A program made the translations under genes and the position numbers. DNA of 64,000 nucleotides from Malacoraja senta (Eukaryota), in NCBI GenBank assembly GCA_038087875.1, contig JAXLNO010000260.1, positions 186,001 through 250,000 on the forward strand. The letters run 5' to 3'. Below, piece after piece: positions 1-11,900 of the stretch. The notes beneath the pieces were generated by a model. It worked only from the letters and a program-made list of their open reading frames with translations. It did no database searches and was not told the origin of the DNA. Numbering within the stretch: the first letter of the stretch is position 1; every line of letters begins with the position of its first letter.

Positions 1-149
1 CATGACTCGCTTTTAAAAATGTAAATAACGTCAGAGTGACTTTGGGAGTCTCAAGTGGTTCCATTCAGCATTCACAGCATGCCAGAGATACAGATTTTCA
101 CACTCAGGAATTTTAAATCAAATGCACAGATCAAAAGTTTTGGTGACAC

Positions 150-345
150 TCGAACTATCCTCGATCGGACTTTGCTGGCTTAACCTTGCACTAAACGTTA
201 TTCCTTTATCATGTATCTATATACTGTAAATGTCTCGATTGTAATCTTGCATTGTCTTTCTGCTGACTGGATAACATGCAACAAAAGCTTTTCTCTGTAC
301 CATGGTACCTGTGACAATAAACCAAACTAACACTAAACTCTAAAT
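150..345 (+). repeat. 3' UTR/tail fragment of a Rex1/Babar-like non-LTR element
   Basis: Ends GTGACAATAAA plus (CTAAA)-like tail, same motif as the Rex-type LINE 3' end near 10440; a homologous copy lies at ~53455-53660. Confidence 0.55.
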
Positions 346-780
346 AAATCTAACCAAGTATGATGCACTGATCTGTTTAATTAAACGAGTAAGTAATTTC
401 AAAAATCATGTCTTCTTTTGGTTTGGTATAAAACAAAAAAAACATCTTAATTTGATGAGTACTGTAATTTAGTAAATTTGTATTGTTCTTTGAATTTCTG
501 CACATAAGCAGGAGCAAAAGAACGGTTATTAAACTTCAGTGTTATGTAATGCAGCTAATGCAGGAAATAAAATTAACATCACTTGGTTAGTCATGGATTA
601 ACTCAAAAATCCAATAAAGTTAATGAGATTGGAATGGCACATCAACTAACCAACATGTTGAGCATCATTCTGGAACTTAATTTTTGAATGCAGGTTTATT
701 TTAAACTCAATCAAGCCAGTCCTTAATCAGTTATCCCTGCTTGACCATCACATTGGAAACATCCATTATTTACTACAAAG

Positions 781-930
781 GTCATAAGATCATAAGAAAC
801 AGTAGAGTTAGGCCATTTGGCCCATCCACCATTCAATAATGACTGATCTATCTCTTCCTCCAAACCCCATTCTCCAGACTTCTCCCCATAACCTCGGACA
901 TCTGTACTAATCAAGAATCTGCTGCTAAGA
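781..930 (-). repeat. CR1 LINE 3' end fragment
   Basis: Reverse-complement CR1 tail (TAGGCCATTTGGCCC, short tandem tail) like the other CR1 3' ends in the window. Confidence 0.6.
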
Positions 931-1113
931 TCCAATCATTACAACGATATGCAATTGAAAATAAAGTTTTCCCACAGACAAATGCAATCAAAACCATTTC
1001 CAGTTCATTTTATATTGTTCTGCAAATTTTGGATGGCACTCTCACGGATGAGTTAATGACCACATCCTAATGCAATTTCTTTGTTAGTCCTGCTGAGGTG
1101 TTTCTCCAACTAA

Positions 1114-1872
1114 AGGGGCTGTCCCACTGCAGCGACCTAATCTGCGAGTTTAGAAGAGTTTTCCCTCGACTCAAACTCGCAGCATGGTCGACACGTGGTC
1201 CTAGGAGGTCCTATGAGGTCACTGGAACTCTCCTTCATGCTCGAGGGAAGTTCCCGAATACTCGCGGCCTCAGTTTGGTTGAGGAAAATTTTTCAGCATG
1301 TTGAAAATTTTCCGCGAGTAAAAATTGGTCGGCATTGTTCTTATGAACTCGTAGTGCAGTGGAGTGGGGTTGCTATGTAGTTATAGGCAGTCGAGGGCAG
1401 CTGTAGGCAATCTCCACCACTGACCGGGCATTTTAATTGGCTCATTGGAGTATTCAGAACAAAGGGAAACCGACTGGTAATTTAAAATGCCCGCTAAACT
1501 TTATTATAAGTTGTCTTGCTTCTTAAAAGTGTCTCCACTCCTTCTCCCCCCCCTTCTGTCCCCTCTGTCCCCTTCTGTCCCCTTCTGTCCACTTCTCCCC
1601 CCTCACCCCCCCCCCCCCCGCTCTCTAAAGGACTTACCGCACACTGTCCAGCCGTCTTTTACCTTCCTGTTCATCACGGGTGTGAATTTCAGACAGCGCA
1701 CCCTCGCTTTCCCTGGCCCCCCGACTTTGCGTTGTGTGTGTGTTCGGTCGGTTGATCCCGCTCGCGGTTTCATCGCTGACGGTCGTTCCAGCTCGAGGTT
1801 TTTTTGGCGAGTGCCCTTGAGCTTGAAGGTCGTAGACAGTCGCTGAAAGGTCGCGTCAGTGGGACAGGCCCT
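1114..1872. mobile_element. Non-autonomous PIF/Harbinger-type MITE
   Basis: TIRs AGGGGCTGTCCCACTGCAGCGACCT ... AGGTCGCGTCAGTGGGACAGGCCCT; TAA on both sides (1111-1113, 1873-1875); no transposase ORF. Confidence 0.85.
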
Positions 1873-3119
1873 TAATGTTCCTTTCAGTTCATTGGTTGAA
1901 ATATGGCTGAGACAACCTGGGAACAATGATTATTGATGTTTGCCAGGACCACCATATTTTGGTAAGGCAATTTTGGGTTTGTACCCTGAGAAATTTAGTG
2001 CTTTTGGTACTTTTGATATCCACCAATCTGTCCCTCTCTTGATTCAACCATTGATTCAATATATCCCATTGAATCAAAAGGCATCTTGGTTACCTCAACA
2101 TTTTTTATTCCTCCATCCATAGAGGGTGTTGCAATTTAAAAAAATCACACACAAGTCCCATCAATACTGAAAACTCTCCACTTAGGCAAAATGCTTAACC
2201 ATGCACCAAATGCAAGTTTTTGCCAAATGTTACCTTGTTCCTCGATGCACTGCACATTAACACTGCATTCATTTTAATTAATCTTTCCTATGTTAAGACT
2301 GCCTACAACAGATCTTGTTGGAATATTAAAGTGCATTCAATTTAAAACTATTTCAAAGTAATGCAAAATTGTTTCAGTCTTGACCTCAATTGGGGAATTT
2401 CACCCAAAATGCATTCAAGCTTGAGCTTGGCATTAGGTTATAGTTCAAGTTTCCAATCATTTTTATTTGCATAATTACAGATGTAAGCTCTTTCATGAAC
2501 CACTGCAATCCGGTAAGGTAATAGAACATAATCATTTCTTATTTCAATTTCTATTAAGAGGTATTCCCTGATGTACTCAGAAGCGATAAACTGATGTAGT
2601 TTTATTAATACTGCTGGAAAAGGTTTTATTACAGGTAAAACTTTGAGCAACCTGATTTAAAATCAATTCAATTTGCTTTTAAAACAATACTAAACTGTTG
2701 AAATATTTAATTGACATAAACTATAATAGTTTTTCTAGAAAATTAAATGGTCTAAAAATTCAATTGCCTAACATGTGGTTTTATAAATTGCAGAGTTTAA
2801 TTATGGGTGAGACCTTGAGCATTTAATGTTTATGTGATTTTCTTTGAGGCAGTTTTGTGTATATAATATTTTGTGATGTCAATACGTGAACAATATCCAA
2901 TTGCCTGCAGAGTGAAACTAATTTATGTTATAAAATTATCACATGCTATGTCCTGTGTATAGGAATCAGCCCAGTAAAACAGGTACACAGTTATACTTAT
3001 GCTACTCAGCTTTGTCCATCATGGGCATAGCAGCTGCACTATTGAAATATCCACCTTAGGAAGGCCACATCTGTCATCAGTGATCTTCACCAACAAGGCC
3101 AAGTCTTCTTCCCGCCACT

Positions 3120-3472
3120 AACATCAGATAGATCAGGTAGATGCACAGTCTCTTGCCCAGAGTAGGGGAATCTAGGACCAGAGGACATAGATTCAAGGTG
3201 ATGGGGAAAAGATTTAACAGGAATCCAAAGTGTAACTTTTTCACACAAAGGGTGGTGGGTGAACGGAACAAGCTGCCAGATGAGGTAGTTGAGGCTTGGA
3301 CTATCCCAACGTTTAAGAAACAGTTAGACAGGTACATGGATAAGAAGGGTTTGGAGGGATATGGACCAAGCGCAAGCAGGTGGGACTGGTGTAGCTGGGA
3401 CATTTTGGCCGGTGTGGCCAAGTTGGGCTGAACGGCCTGTTTCCACACTCTATCTATGACTCTCTCTGATTC
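3120..3472 (+). mobile_element. CR1 LINE 3' fragment (ORF2 C-terminus and tail)
   Basis: Translation RTRGHRFKV...FFTQRVV...NKLP...FKKQLD is the CR1 ORF2 C-terminus. Confidence 0.85.
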
Positions 3473-3824
3473 TAGGAGATGCAGAAGCTTGAAGTCTCAC
3501 AAGTCTCAGGAACAGCTACTCCCGTCAACTATAATGTCCTGAACAAACCTGCACAACCCTAACCCTACTTCAGCAGTGGAACACGATGGAACTCCTCTTG
3601 CACTCCATGGATTAGTTTTCTAATTGTGTTTTCACCAATGTCTTGTTTCTTGCACAGTTACTTTCTTTTCATCAGTGAGGAGGTCAACTTTGAGATAACT
3701 GAGTCTCCCACAATATAAAAAATAAAGAAGCCATGGCATTTTTTTTGCAGAGGTTACTGATGGAGAAGAGTAGACTAGGGAGGACCTATCACTTCAGTTC
3801 TTCTCGGAGATTACCCTGACCTCA

Positions 3825-4134
3825 GTTTAGTTTAGTTTAGTTTAGAGATTCAGTGCAGAAACAGGCCGTTTGGCCCACTGCGTCTGCACTGACCAGAGAT
3901 CCCTGCACACTTGCACTACTTTACACACATTAGGGACAATTTACTATTGTACCAAGCCAATTAACCTACAAACCTCTATGAAGTGTAGGAGGAAACCGGA
4001 ATCCTGGGGAAAACCCATGCAGTTCACGCAAAGAACATACAAACTCCGTATAGACAAGCACCCATAGTCAGAATCGAACCTGGGTCTCTGGTGCTGTAAG
4101 GCAGCAACTCTACCGTTGCGCAACTGTGCCGCCC
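3825..4134 (-). mobile_element. tRNA-derived SINE (HE1-like) with CR1-type tail
   Basis: Minus-strand head GGGCGGCACAGTTGCGCAACGGTAGAG...GGTTCGATTC (A/B boxes) and (CTAAA)n tail; several homologous copies in the window. Confidence 0.85.
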
Positions 4135-4289
4135 TGTGAGGAGCATTATTACTGGAGGCCAAAATTCCCAAAGATAATATTCATGCAGATCTATCACCTT
4201 CTGGTCAAAACCCCAGTCAAAGACCCATGCCTGCACTGTTTTGCTTGTGAAGGTAAAGGCTACTGTTACCCTGAGCCATATTATTCTAA

Positions 4290-4628
4290 GCAGCAATGGA
4301 TGTCAGTGTGGATTCTCATGAACTTCTACAGGTGTACAGTAGAGAGCATGTTGACAGGTTGCATCACAGCCTGGTTTGGCTACTTGAATGCCCAGGAGCG
4401 AAAAAAACTGCAAAAAGTTGTAAACACTGCTCAGTCCATCACCGGCTCTGACCTCCCCACCATCGAAAGGATTTACTGGAGTCGTTGCCTCATAAAGGCA
4501 GCCAGCATCATCAGAGACCCACACCACCCTGGCCACACACTCCTTTCACTCCTGCCATCGGGAAGAAGGTACAGGAGCCTGAAAACTTTAACGTCCAGGT
4601 TCAGGAACTGCTTCGTCCCTACAGCCAA
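4290..4628 (+). pseudogene. Rex1/Babar-type LINE RT C-terminal fragment (DUF1891-like)
   Basis: FYRCTVESMLTGCITAWFG...DPHHPGHTLLSLLPSGRRYRSL, homologous to the ORF at 10611-11558. Confidence 0.8.
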
Positions 4629-4925
4629 TAGACAATAAACAATAGATGCAGCAGTAGGCCATTCAGCCCTTAAAGCCAGCACCGGCATTCAATGTGATCA
4701 TGGCAGATCATCCACAATCAGTACCCCGTTCCTGCTTCTCCCTATATCTCCTGACTCCGCTATCTTCAAGAGCCCAATCTAGCTCTCTCTTGAAAGTATC
4801 CAGGGAACTGGTCTCCAGGTGGAGATATAATTCTCTGGTCTAAGGCAGAGAATTCCACAGACTCACAACTCTCTGTGTGAAAAAGTGTTTCCTCATCTCC
4901 ATTCTAAATGGCTTACCCCTTAATC
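4629..4925 (-). mobile_element. CR1 3' fragment inserted into the Rex1/Babar remnant
   Basis: Reverse CR1 tail (CTATTGT)n; the Rex sequence resumes briefly at GCTATTAAACACTACA (~4931). Confidence 0.75.
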
Positions 4926-4965
4926 TTAAGGCTATTAAACACTACATCTTAAGGCTATTAAACAC

Positions 4966-7942
4966 TTGTCAGGGAAGATATTACAGCAGTGCTTTGGCAG
5001 GATAGATTAGAGGGCTCGTCTAAGGAGGCTATTTGGGTGGAACTGAGAAATGGGAAAGGTGTAGCAACACTTATAGGGGTGTATTATAGACTAATGGGGA
5101 GCGGGAATTGGAAGAGCAAATATGTAAGGAGATAGCAGATATTAGTAGTAAGCACAAGGTAGTGATTGTGGGAGATTTCAATTTTCCACACATAGACTGG
5201 GAAACACATTCTGTAAAAGGGCTGGATGGTTTGGAGTTTGTGAAATGTGTGCAGGATAGTTTTTTGCAGCAATACATAGAGGTACCTACTAGAGAAGGGG
5301 CAGTGCTGGACCTCCTGTTAGGAAATGAGACAGGTCAGGTGGCGGAGGTATGTGTTGGGGAGCACTTCGGATCCAGTGATCACAATACCATTAGTTTCAA
5401 TATAATTATGGAGAAGGTCAGAACTGGACCAAGGATTGAGATTTTTGATTGGAGAAAGGCTAACTTTGAGGAGATGCAAAAGGATTTAAAAGGAGTGAAT
5501 TGGGACATTTTGTTTTATGGGAAGGATGTAGTAGAGAAATGGAAGACATTTAAAGGTGAAATTTTAAGAGTACAGAATCTTTATGTGCCTGTTCGGTTGA
5601 AAGGAAAGAGTAATAATTGGAAAAAGCCATGGTTTTCAAGGGAAATTGGACACGGTTCAGAAAAAGAGAGAGATCTACAATAATTATAGGCGGCATGGAG
5701 TAAATGAGGTGCTTGAGTATATAAAGAATGTAAAAAGAATCTTAAGAAATAAATTAGAAAAGCTAAAAGAAGATATTAGGTTACTTTGGCAAGTAAGGTG
5801 AAAGTAAATCCAAAGGGTTTCTGCAGCTATATTGTCAGGGAAGATATTACAGCAGTGCTTTGGCAGGATAGATTAGAGGGCTCATCTAGGGAGGGTATTT
5901 GGGTGGAACTGAGAAATGGGAAAGGTGTAGCAACACTTATAGGGGTGTATTATAGTCTAATGGGGAGCGAGAATTGGAAGAGAAAATATGTAAGGAGATA
6001 GCTGATATTAGTAGTAAGCACAAGGTAGTGATTGTGGGAGATTTCAATTTTCCACACATAGTCTGGGAAACACATTCTGTAAAAGGGCTGGATGGTTTGG
6101 AGTTTGTTAATTATAATATAAATTATTAGCAATTAATAGCAAAAGGATAACAAGGGATACAATTGGTCCATTAGAGAGTCAGAGTGGACAGCTATTTGCA
6201 GAGCCAAAAGAGATGGGGGAGATATTGAACAATTTATTTTCTTCGGTATTCACCAAGGTACAGGATATTGAATTATGTGAGGTAAGGGAAACAAGTAGAG
6301 TAGCTATGGAAACAATGAGGATCAAAGATGAGAAAGTACTGACACTTTTGAAAAATATAAAAGTGGATAAGTCTCCAGGTCCTGACAGGATATTCCCTAG
6401 GACATTGAGGGAAGAGTGTAGAAATAGCAGGGGCTATGACAGAAATATTTCAAATGTCATTAGAAACGGGAATGATGCTGGAGGATTGGCGTACCGCGCA
6501 TGTTGTTCCATTGTTTAAAAAGGGTTCTAAGAGTAAACCTAGCAATTATAGACCTGTTAGTTTGACGTCAGTGGTGGGCAAATTAATGGAAAGGATACTT
6601 AGAGATAATATATATAATCATCTGGATCAACAGGGTCTGATTAGGAACAGTCAACATGGATTTGTGCCTGGAAGGTCATGTTTGACTAATCTTCCTGAAT
6701 TTTTTGAAGAGGTTACTAGGGAAATTGATGAGGGTAAAGCGGTGGATGTTGTCTATATGGACTTCAGTAAGGCCTTTGACAAGGTTCCACATGGAAGGTT
6801 GGTTAAGAAGATGCAATTGTTGTGTATTAATAGTGGAGTAGCAAGATGGATTCAACAGTGGTTGAATGGGAGTTACCAGAGAGTAATGGTGGATAACTGT
6901 TTGTCAAGTTGGAGGCCTGTGACTAGTGGGGTGCCTCAGGGATCTGTGTTGGGTCCACTGTTGTTTGTCATAGACATCAATGATCTGGATGATGGTGTGG
7001 TAAATTGGATTAGTAAGTATGCAGATGATACTAAGATAGGTGGTGTTGTGGATAATGAAGTAGATTTACAAAGTCTACACAGAGATTTAGGCTATTTGGA
7101 AGTGGGCTGAAAGATGGCAGATGGAGTTTAATGCTGATAAGTGTGAAGTGCTACATCTTGGCAGGATAAATCAAAATAGGACGTACATGGTAAATGGTAG
7201 CGAATTGAGGAATACAGTAGTACAGAGGGATCTAGGAATAACTGCATAGTTCCCTGAAGGTGGAATCTCATGTAGATAGGGTGGTAAAGAAAGCTTTTGG
7301 TGTGCTGGCCTTTATAAATCAGAGCATTGAGTATAGAAGTTGGGATGTAATGTTAAAATTGTACAAGGCATTGGTGAGGCCAATTCTGGAGTATGGGGTA
7401 CAATTTTGGTCGCCAAATTATAGGAAAGATGTCAACAAAATAGAGAGAGTACAGATGAGATTTACTAGAATGTTGCCTGGGTTTCAGCACCTAAGTTACA
7501 GAGAAAGGTTGAACAAGATAGGTCTTTATTCTTTGGAGCGCAGAAGTTTAATGGGGGACTTGATAGAGGTCTTTAAAATTATGAGAGGGATAGACAGAGT
7601 TGACGTGGATAAGCTTTTTCCATTGAGAGTAGGGAAGATTCAAACAAGAGGACATAATTTGAGAATTAAGGGACAAAAGTTTAGGGGTAACATGAGGGGG
7701 AACTTCTTTACTCAAAGAGTGGTAGCTGTGTGGAATGAGCTTCCAGTGGAAGTGGGGGAGGCAGGTTCGAATTTATCATTTAAAAATAAATTGGATAGGT
7801 ATATGGACGGGAAAGGAATGGAGGGTTATGGTCTGAGTGCAGGTAGATGGGACAAAGTGAGAGTAAGTGTTCGGCACGGACTAGAAGGGCCGAGATGGCC
7901 TGTTTCTGTGCTGTAATTGTTATATGGTTATATGGTTATATG
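4966..7942 (+). mobile_element. 5'-truncated CR1 LINE, ORF2 (APE endonuclease + RT) disrupted
   Basis: VGDFNFPHIDW, LDLLL, SDH (endonuclease); KSPGPD, NYRPVSLTS, DFSKAFD, GVPQGSVLGP, YADD (RT); (TTATATGG)n tail; frameshifts and an internal 276-bp duplication. Confidence 0.95.
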
Positions 7943-8088
7943 ACTCTTGATGTTTCATATCATGTACTAACTAAAGGACATCATGGATAATCGATGGTGA
8001 ATAATTCAAGGAAAGGGTAAAATTACATGCAGGTTTTTTGACACGATCAAATTACTTGTTTAAGGTTCCCGTATATGTACCTATAAAC

Positions 8089-8557
8089 TCAAGTTCAAGT
8101 TCACGTTCACATTTATTGTCACATGCACCAATTTAACATCCGCGATGTTAAAGTCACTGTCGTGCCTGAGGCTAGAAGCTCTGCAGACCACAGCTCCACG
8201 GTGTTAAAGTCAGCAGGCCCAACACTCCGGAGCTCCAACACTGGCGATCCTCGACAGGGTCCCAGGCTCAACGATGGTAATTCAACGCTGCGCCCGCTGC
8301 GGTAGCTCTGGGTCAGTCTCTGGTAGGAAAGGCCCTGCCAATCCAGTTGGTAGGCCGCGAAGGTGGGGCGAAGATGCAACATGGAGAAAAGACGCATCTC
8401 CATCCAGGTAAGTGACTGAAAAATTGTTTCCCCGTATCCCCCCCCCCCCCCCACATAAGACATACCAAGAAACATTAAAACATACATTTAGATGCACTAA
8501 AAATAACAAAAAAGGCGAATGGACTGACGAGCTGCTGCGAGGTGCCACCTGATGGAG
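8089..8557 (-). mobile_element. Unclassified GC-rich non-autonomous retroposon (internally deleted copy)
   Basis: T-rich head, poly-G tract, GC-rich body, GTGACAATAAA and (GAACTT)n tail; homologous to 31225-31980. Confidence 0.6.
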
Positions 8558-8689
8558 TCAACAAACTGAACACAAATTGAAGAACTTTCCTGAAACTAAG
8601 CAGTCTCCAAAAAAAGCACATCTGCTGAGGTGAAATCTGAATCGATGAAAGTTAAAGGAGATGTGTGGTCTGTGTTTCAGGCACCCATC

Positions 8690-8890
8690 ACCAGGTGTGG
8701 TGCTTGAGGCAGATATGATTGTGGTATCTAAGAGGTTTTTAGACAGACACAGGGATATGCTGGGAATGGAGGGATATGGATCACATGCAGACAAATGAGA
8801 TTAGCCTATTTTGGCATCATGTTTAGCACAGACAGTGAGGACTGAAGGGCCAGATCCTGTGCCATACCTTTCTATATTCTATGTTCTATT
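8690..8890 (+). repeat. Degenerate CR1 3' end
   Basis: GGAGGGATATGG...GAAGGGCC...TTCTATGTTCTAT tail. Confidence 0.65.
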
Positions 8891-9616
8891 AACTCTGTTT
8901 CTCTCTCCACGTCTACTGCTGATTGCAGTGTTTTCTATGGGCCTCGTGCATATAGATTAGATGTTCCGCTTTGCAAATAAATCATTACATTTATTGATGT
9001 ATATGTATTGTGTTTGAAAGCCTTCATGAAGATATTACAGATGTGAGTCACTTACATTTAAATTCCAAGACCTTTTGGGATAGCTTGGACAATTCTACCT
9101 GGTCTGCATTAATTATACTTGCAGGAAACAGATAAATTATATTCCAACATTTTAAAATAAGCCAATGTAAAATAATCAAAATTTTTATTCAGAAAGTCAG
9201 CAAAAAATCCTAACCTGGGCACATTCTCAATTTAAGTATGACAGTTTTTTTGCAAACTAGTTATGAGTTTATCAGAATTAATCTGTCTCCCAATGTATTG
9301 TTTTAATGGAATTCTATTGCAGATAACTGCATCTTCCATGCTATGTCTTTTGCCAAAATGTAGTTTGGCTGATAGATTAATTGGTTTATACTGCCTCACT
9401 GAATGATGAATTAATCTTCAATGCTTCTCTTGTCCTATTTAAAGAAAATGTGATGTATTCCTTGCAGATACAAATAGGATAAGTAAGCCTTTGTCCTTCA
9501 GCTGTATAAGTATAATTCCGTGATGAAACACAATTGAAAATCCCTGCAGTTTCTTGGTTGATAAAAAGTGAGGAGATGGGAAAGAGATAAACCCAGAGCT
9601 GCTATGATGTGATAGA

Positions 9617-9800
9617 AACAAGGGATTGCAGATGTCTGTTTATAAAAATAGACACAAAGTGCTGGAGTAACTCGGCGGGTCAGGCAGCATCTCTGGAGAA
9701 CGTGGATAGGTAACGTCCCAATACTGCGACGTCATCTATCCATGTTCTCCAGAGATGCTGCCTGATCCGCAGAGTTACTCCAGCACTTTGTATGCTTTTT
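9617..9800. repeat. Palindromic Penelope-type terminal-repeat unit (ribozyme core deleted)
   Basis: Inverted arms CAAAGTGCTGGAGTAACTC...GAGTTACTCCAGCACTTTG. Confidence 0.75.
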
Positions 9801-10433
9801 TTCTTGCTATCATGTGATTATGTGCTTAATTATCACTCAGAAAGTTACATGTTAAAACCATGAACTCCCAGCTCCAGTGAAGACCCCATTAGAATTTGTG
9901 GAGTCCAGTGCAAGTTTGCTCAGGGCAGGTAAACGTAAGTACAGGTTAAATACGTTTCCAGTGCTCTGCTACCTTATATAGTTTGAAAACCTGGGGATGA
10001 CATTGGAAGTGATGGTAACAGTTTTCCACTCCTCCCTCACCCAACTGGAAATGTTCATTTCAGTGTTTTATGTCTAAGAGACAATTAAGAAAAATGTTTA
10101 TACTAACTTGCAAACTTTGGGTTATATACCACCCATTTAACCTTGATTCTCTGATGTTTTTCTCCTGAAAGCTGATGTACTTCATCTATTTGGGTAAATT
10201 TACAGGGAAGGACAACCTGGTCATTATGTTACTGCATTAGGAATCCAGAGGTCTGGATTAATAACCGTCCTGGGCAGCCAAGCAATTTTACTTATTACAA
10301 AACATTGGTATCAATATTGGTGCCATGACACTGTGAGATTGCCACAAAAAAATGGTTCTTTGATGACCAGCAAGGAAAGAAATGTGATGTTTTTAATAGT
10401 TCTGTACATGTGACTCCAGATACATAACAATAG

Positions 10434-11900
10434 TCAAGTCAAGTTTATTTGTCACATACACATACAAGATGTGCAGTGGAATGAAAGTGGCAATGCCTGC
10501 GGATTGTGCAAAAACTACAGAACAGAATAGAACAGAATCAGTATTTACATATTAGAAAAAAAACAGCAATTTAAAAAAGACACAACACAACAGTAAATTA
10601 GTACAGTAAATTAGTCCCTGGTGAGATAAGAGTTTACAGTCCTAATGGCCTGTGGGAAGAAACTCCGTCTCACCCTCTCTGTTTTCACAGCATGACAGCG
10701 GAGGCGTTTGCCTGACCGTAGCAGCTGGAACCGTCCGTTGCTGGGGTGGTAGGGGTCCCCCATAATATTGCTGACTCTGGATCTGCACCTCCTGATGTAT
10801 AGTTCCTGCAGGGCGGCGAGTGTAGTTCCCATAATGCGTTCGGCCGAAAACACTACTCTCTGCAGAGCCTTCTTGTCCTGGGCAGAGCAGTTCCCAAACC
10901 AGATTGTGATGTTGCCGGACAAGATGCTTTCTACAGCCCCTGAGTAGAAGCACTGAAGGATCCTCAGAGAGACTCTGAATTTCCTCAGCTGCCTGTGGTG
11001 GTAAAGGCGCTGCCTTGCCTTACTCACCAGTGCAGCAGCCTGTGATGTCCATGTCAGATCCTCTGTGATGTGGACTCCCAGGTATTTAAAGCAGCTCACC
11101 CTGTCCACAGTAGCCCCATTTATCTCCAGTGACGTGTACGTCCTCGGATGTTGTGCCCTTCTAAAGTCCACAATCAGCTCCTTAGTTTTTATGACATTCA
11201 AGAGGAGGCTGTTGTCCTGACACCAGAGTGCCAGATCAGCCACCTCCCCCCGGTAGGCCTTCTCATTGTTATCGGAGATCAGGCCCACCACCACAGTGTC
11301 ATCAGCAAACTTGATTATAGCGTTGGAGCTGAACCTGGCCACACAGTCATGTGTGTACAGGGAGCTGAGGATGCAACCCTGGGGGGATCCTGTGTTCAGG
11401 GTGAGGGTGTTCGATGTATTTCCTCCCATCTTGACTACCTGGGGCCTGGCGGTGAGGAAGTCCAGGACCCAGGCACATAAGGGATTGTTAAGCCCCAGTT
11501 CCTGCAGCTTCTCAGCAAGTCTGGTGGGGACTATCGTATTGAAGGCTGAACTGGTCAATGAACAGCATCCTTACATAGCCTGTCAAGGTGAGAAAGAGCG
11601 GTGTGCAGAACCTGGGAGACCGCATCATCCGGGGATCTGTTCGGACGGTATGCGAACTGTAGCGGGTCCATGTTGCGAGGGAGGAAGGCGCAGATGTGGT
11701 TCTTGACCAGCCTCTCGAAGCATTTCATAACTACCGAGGTGAGGGCCACCGGTCGGTAGTCATTCAAACTAGCTGGATAGGCATTCTTTGGTACTGGTAC
11801 AATGATGGATCTTTTGAAGCAGGCAGGGCCTACAGCTTTCATCATGTTCACACGTGTCAGAGCCCTCCTCGCGTCGTGCTCGGACAACGAGAATGTGTGC
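10434..11900 (-). mobile_element. Rex1/Babar-type LINE, 5'-truncated, decayed RT
   Basis: [51 protein letters not shown]; (ACTTG)n tail. Confidence 0.92.

Noticed and set aside
4060..4134. tRNA gene
   Set aside because: It is the tRNA-derived head of a SINE, continuous with SINE body and tail
8393..8415. Minus-strand ACTTACCTGGATGGAGAT resembling the U1 snRNA 5' end
   Set aside because: Similarity stops after ~18 nt, lies internally in the repeat, and is not kept in the sister copies at ~23010 and ~31770
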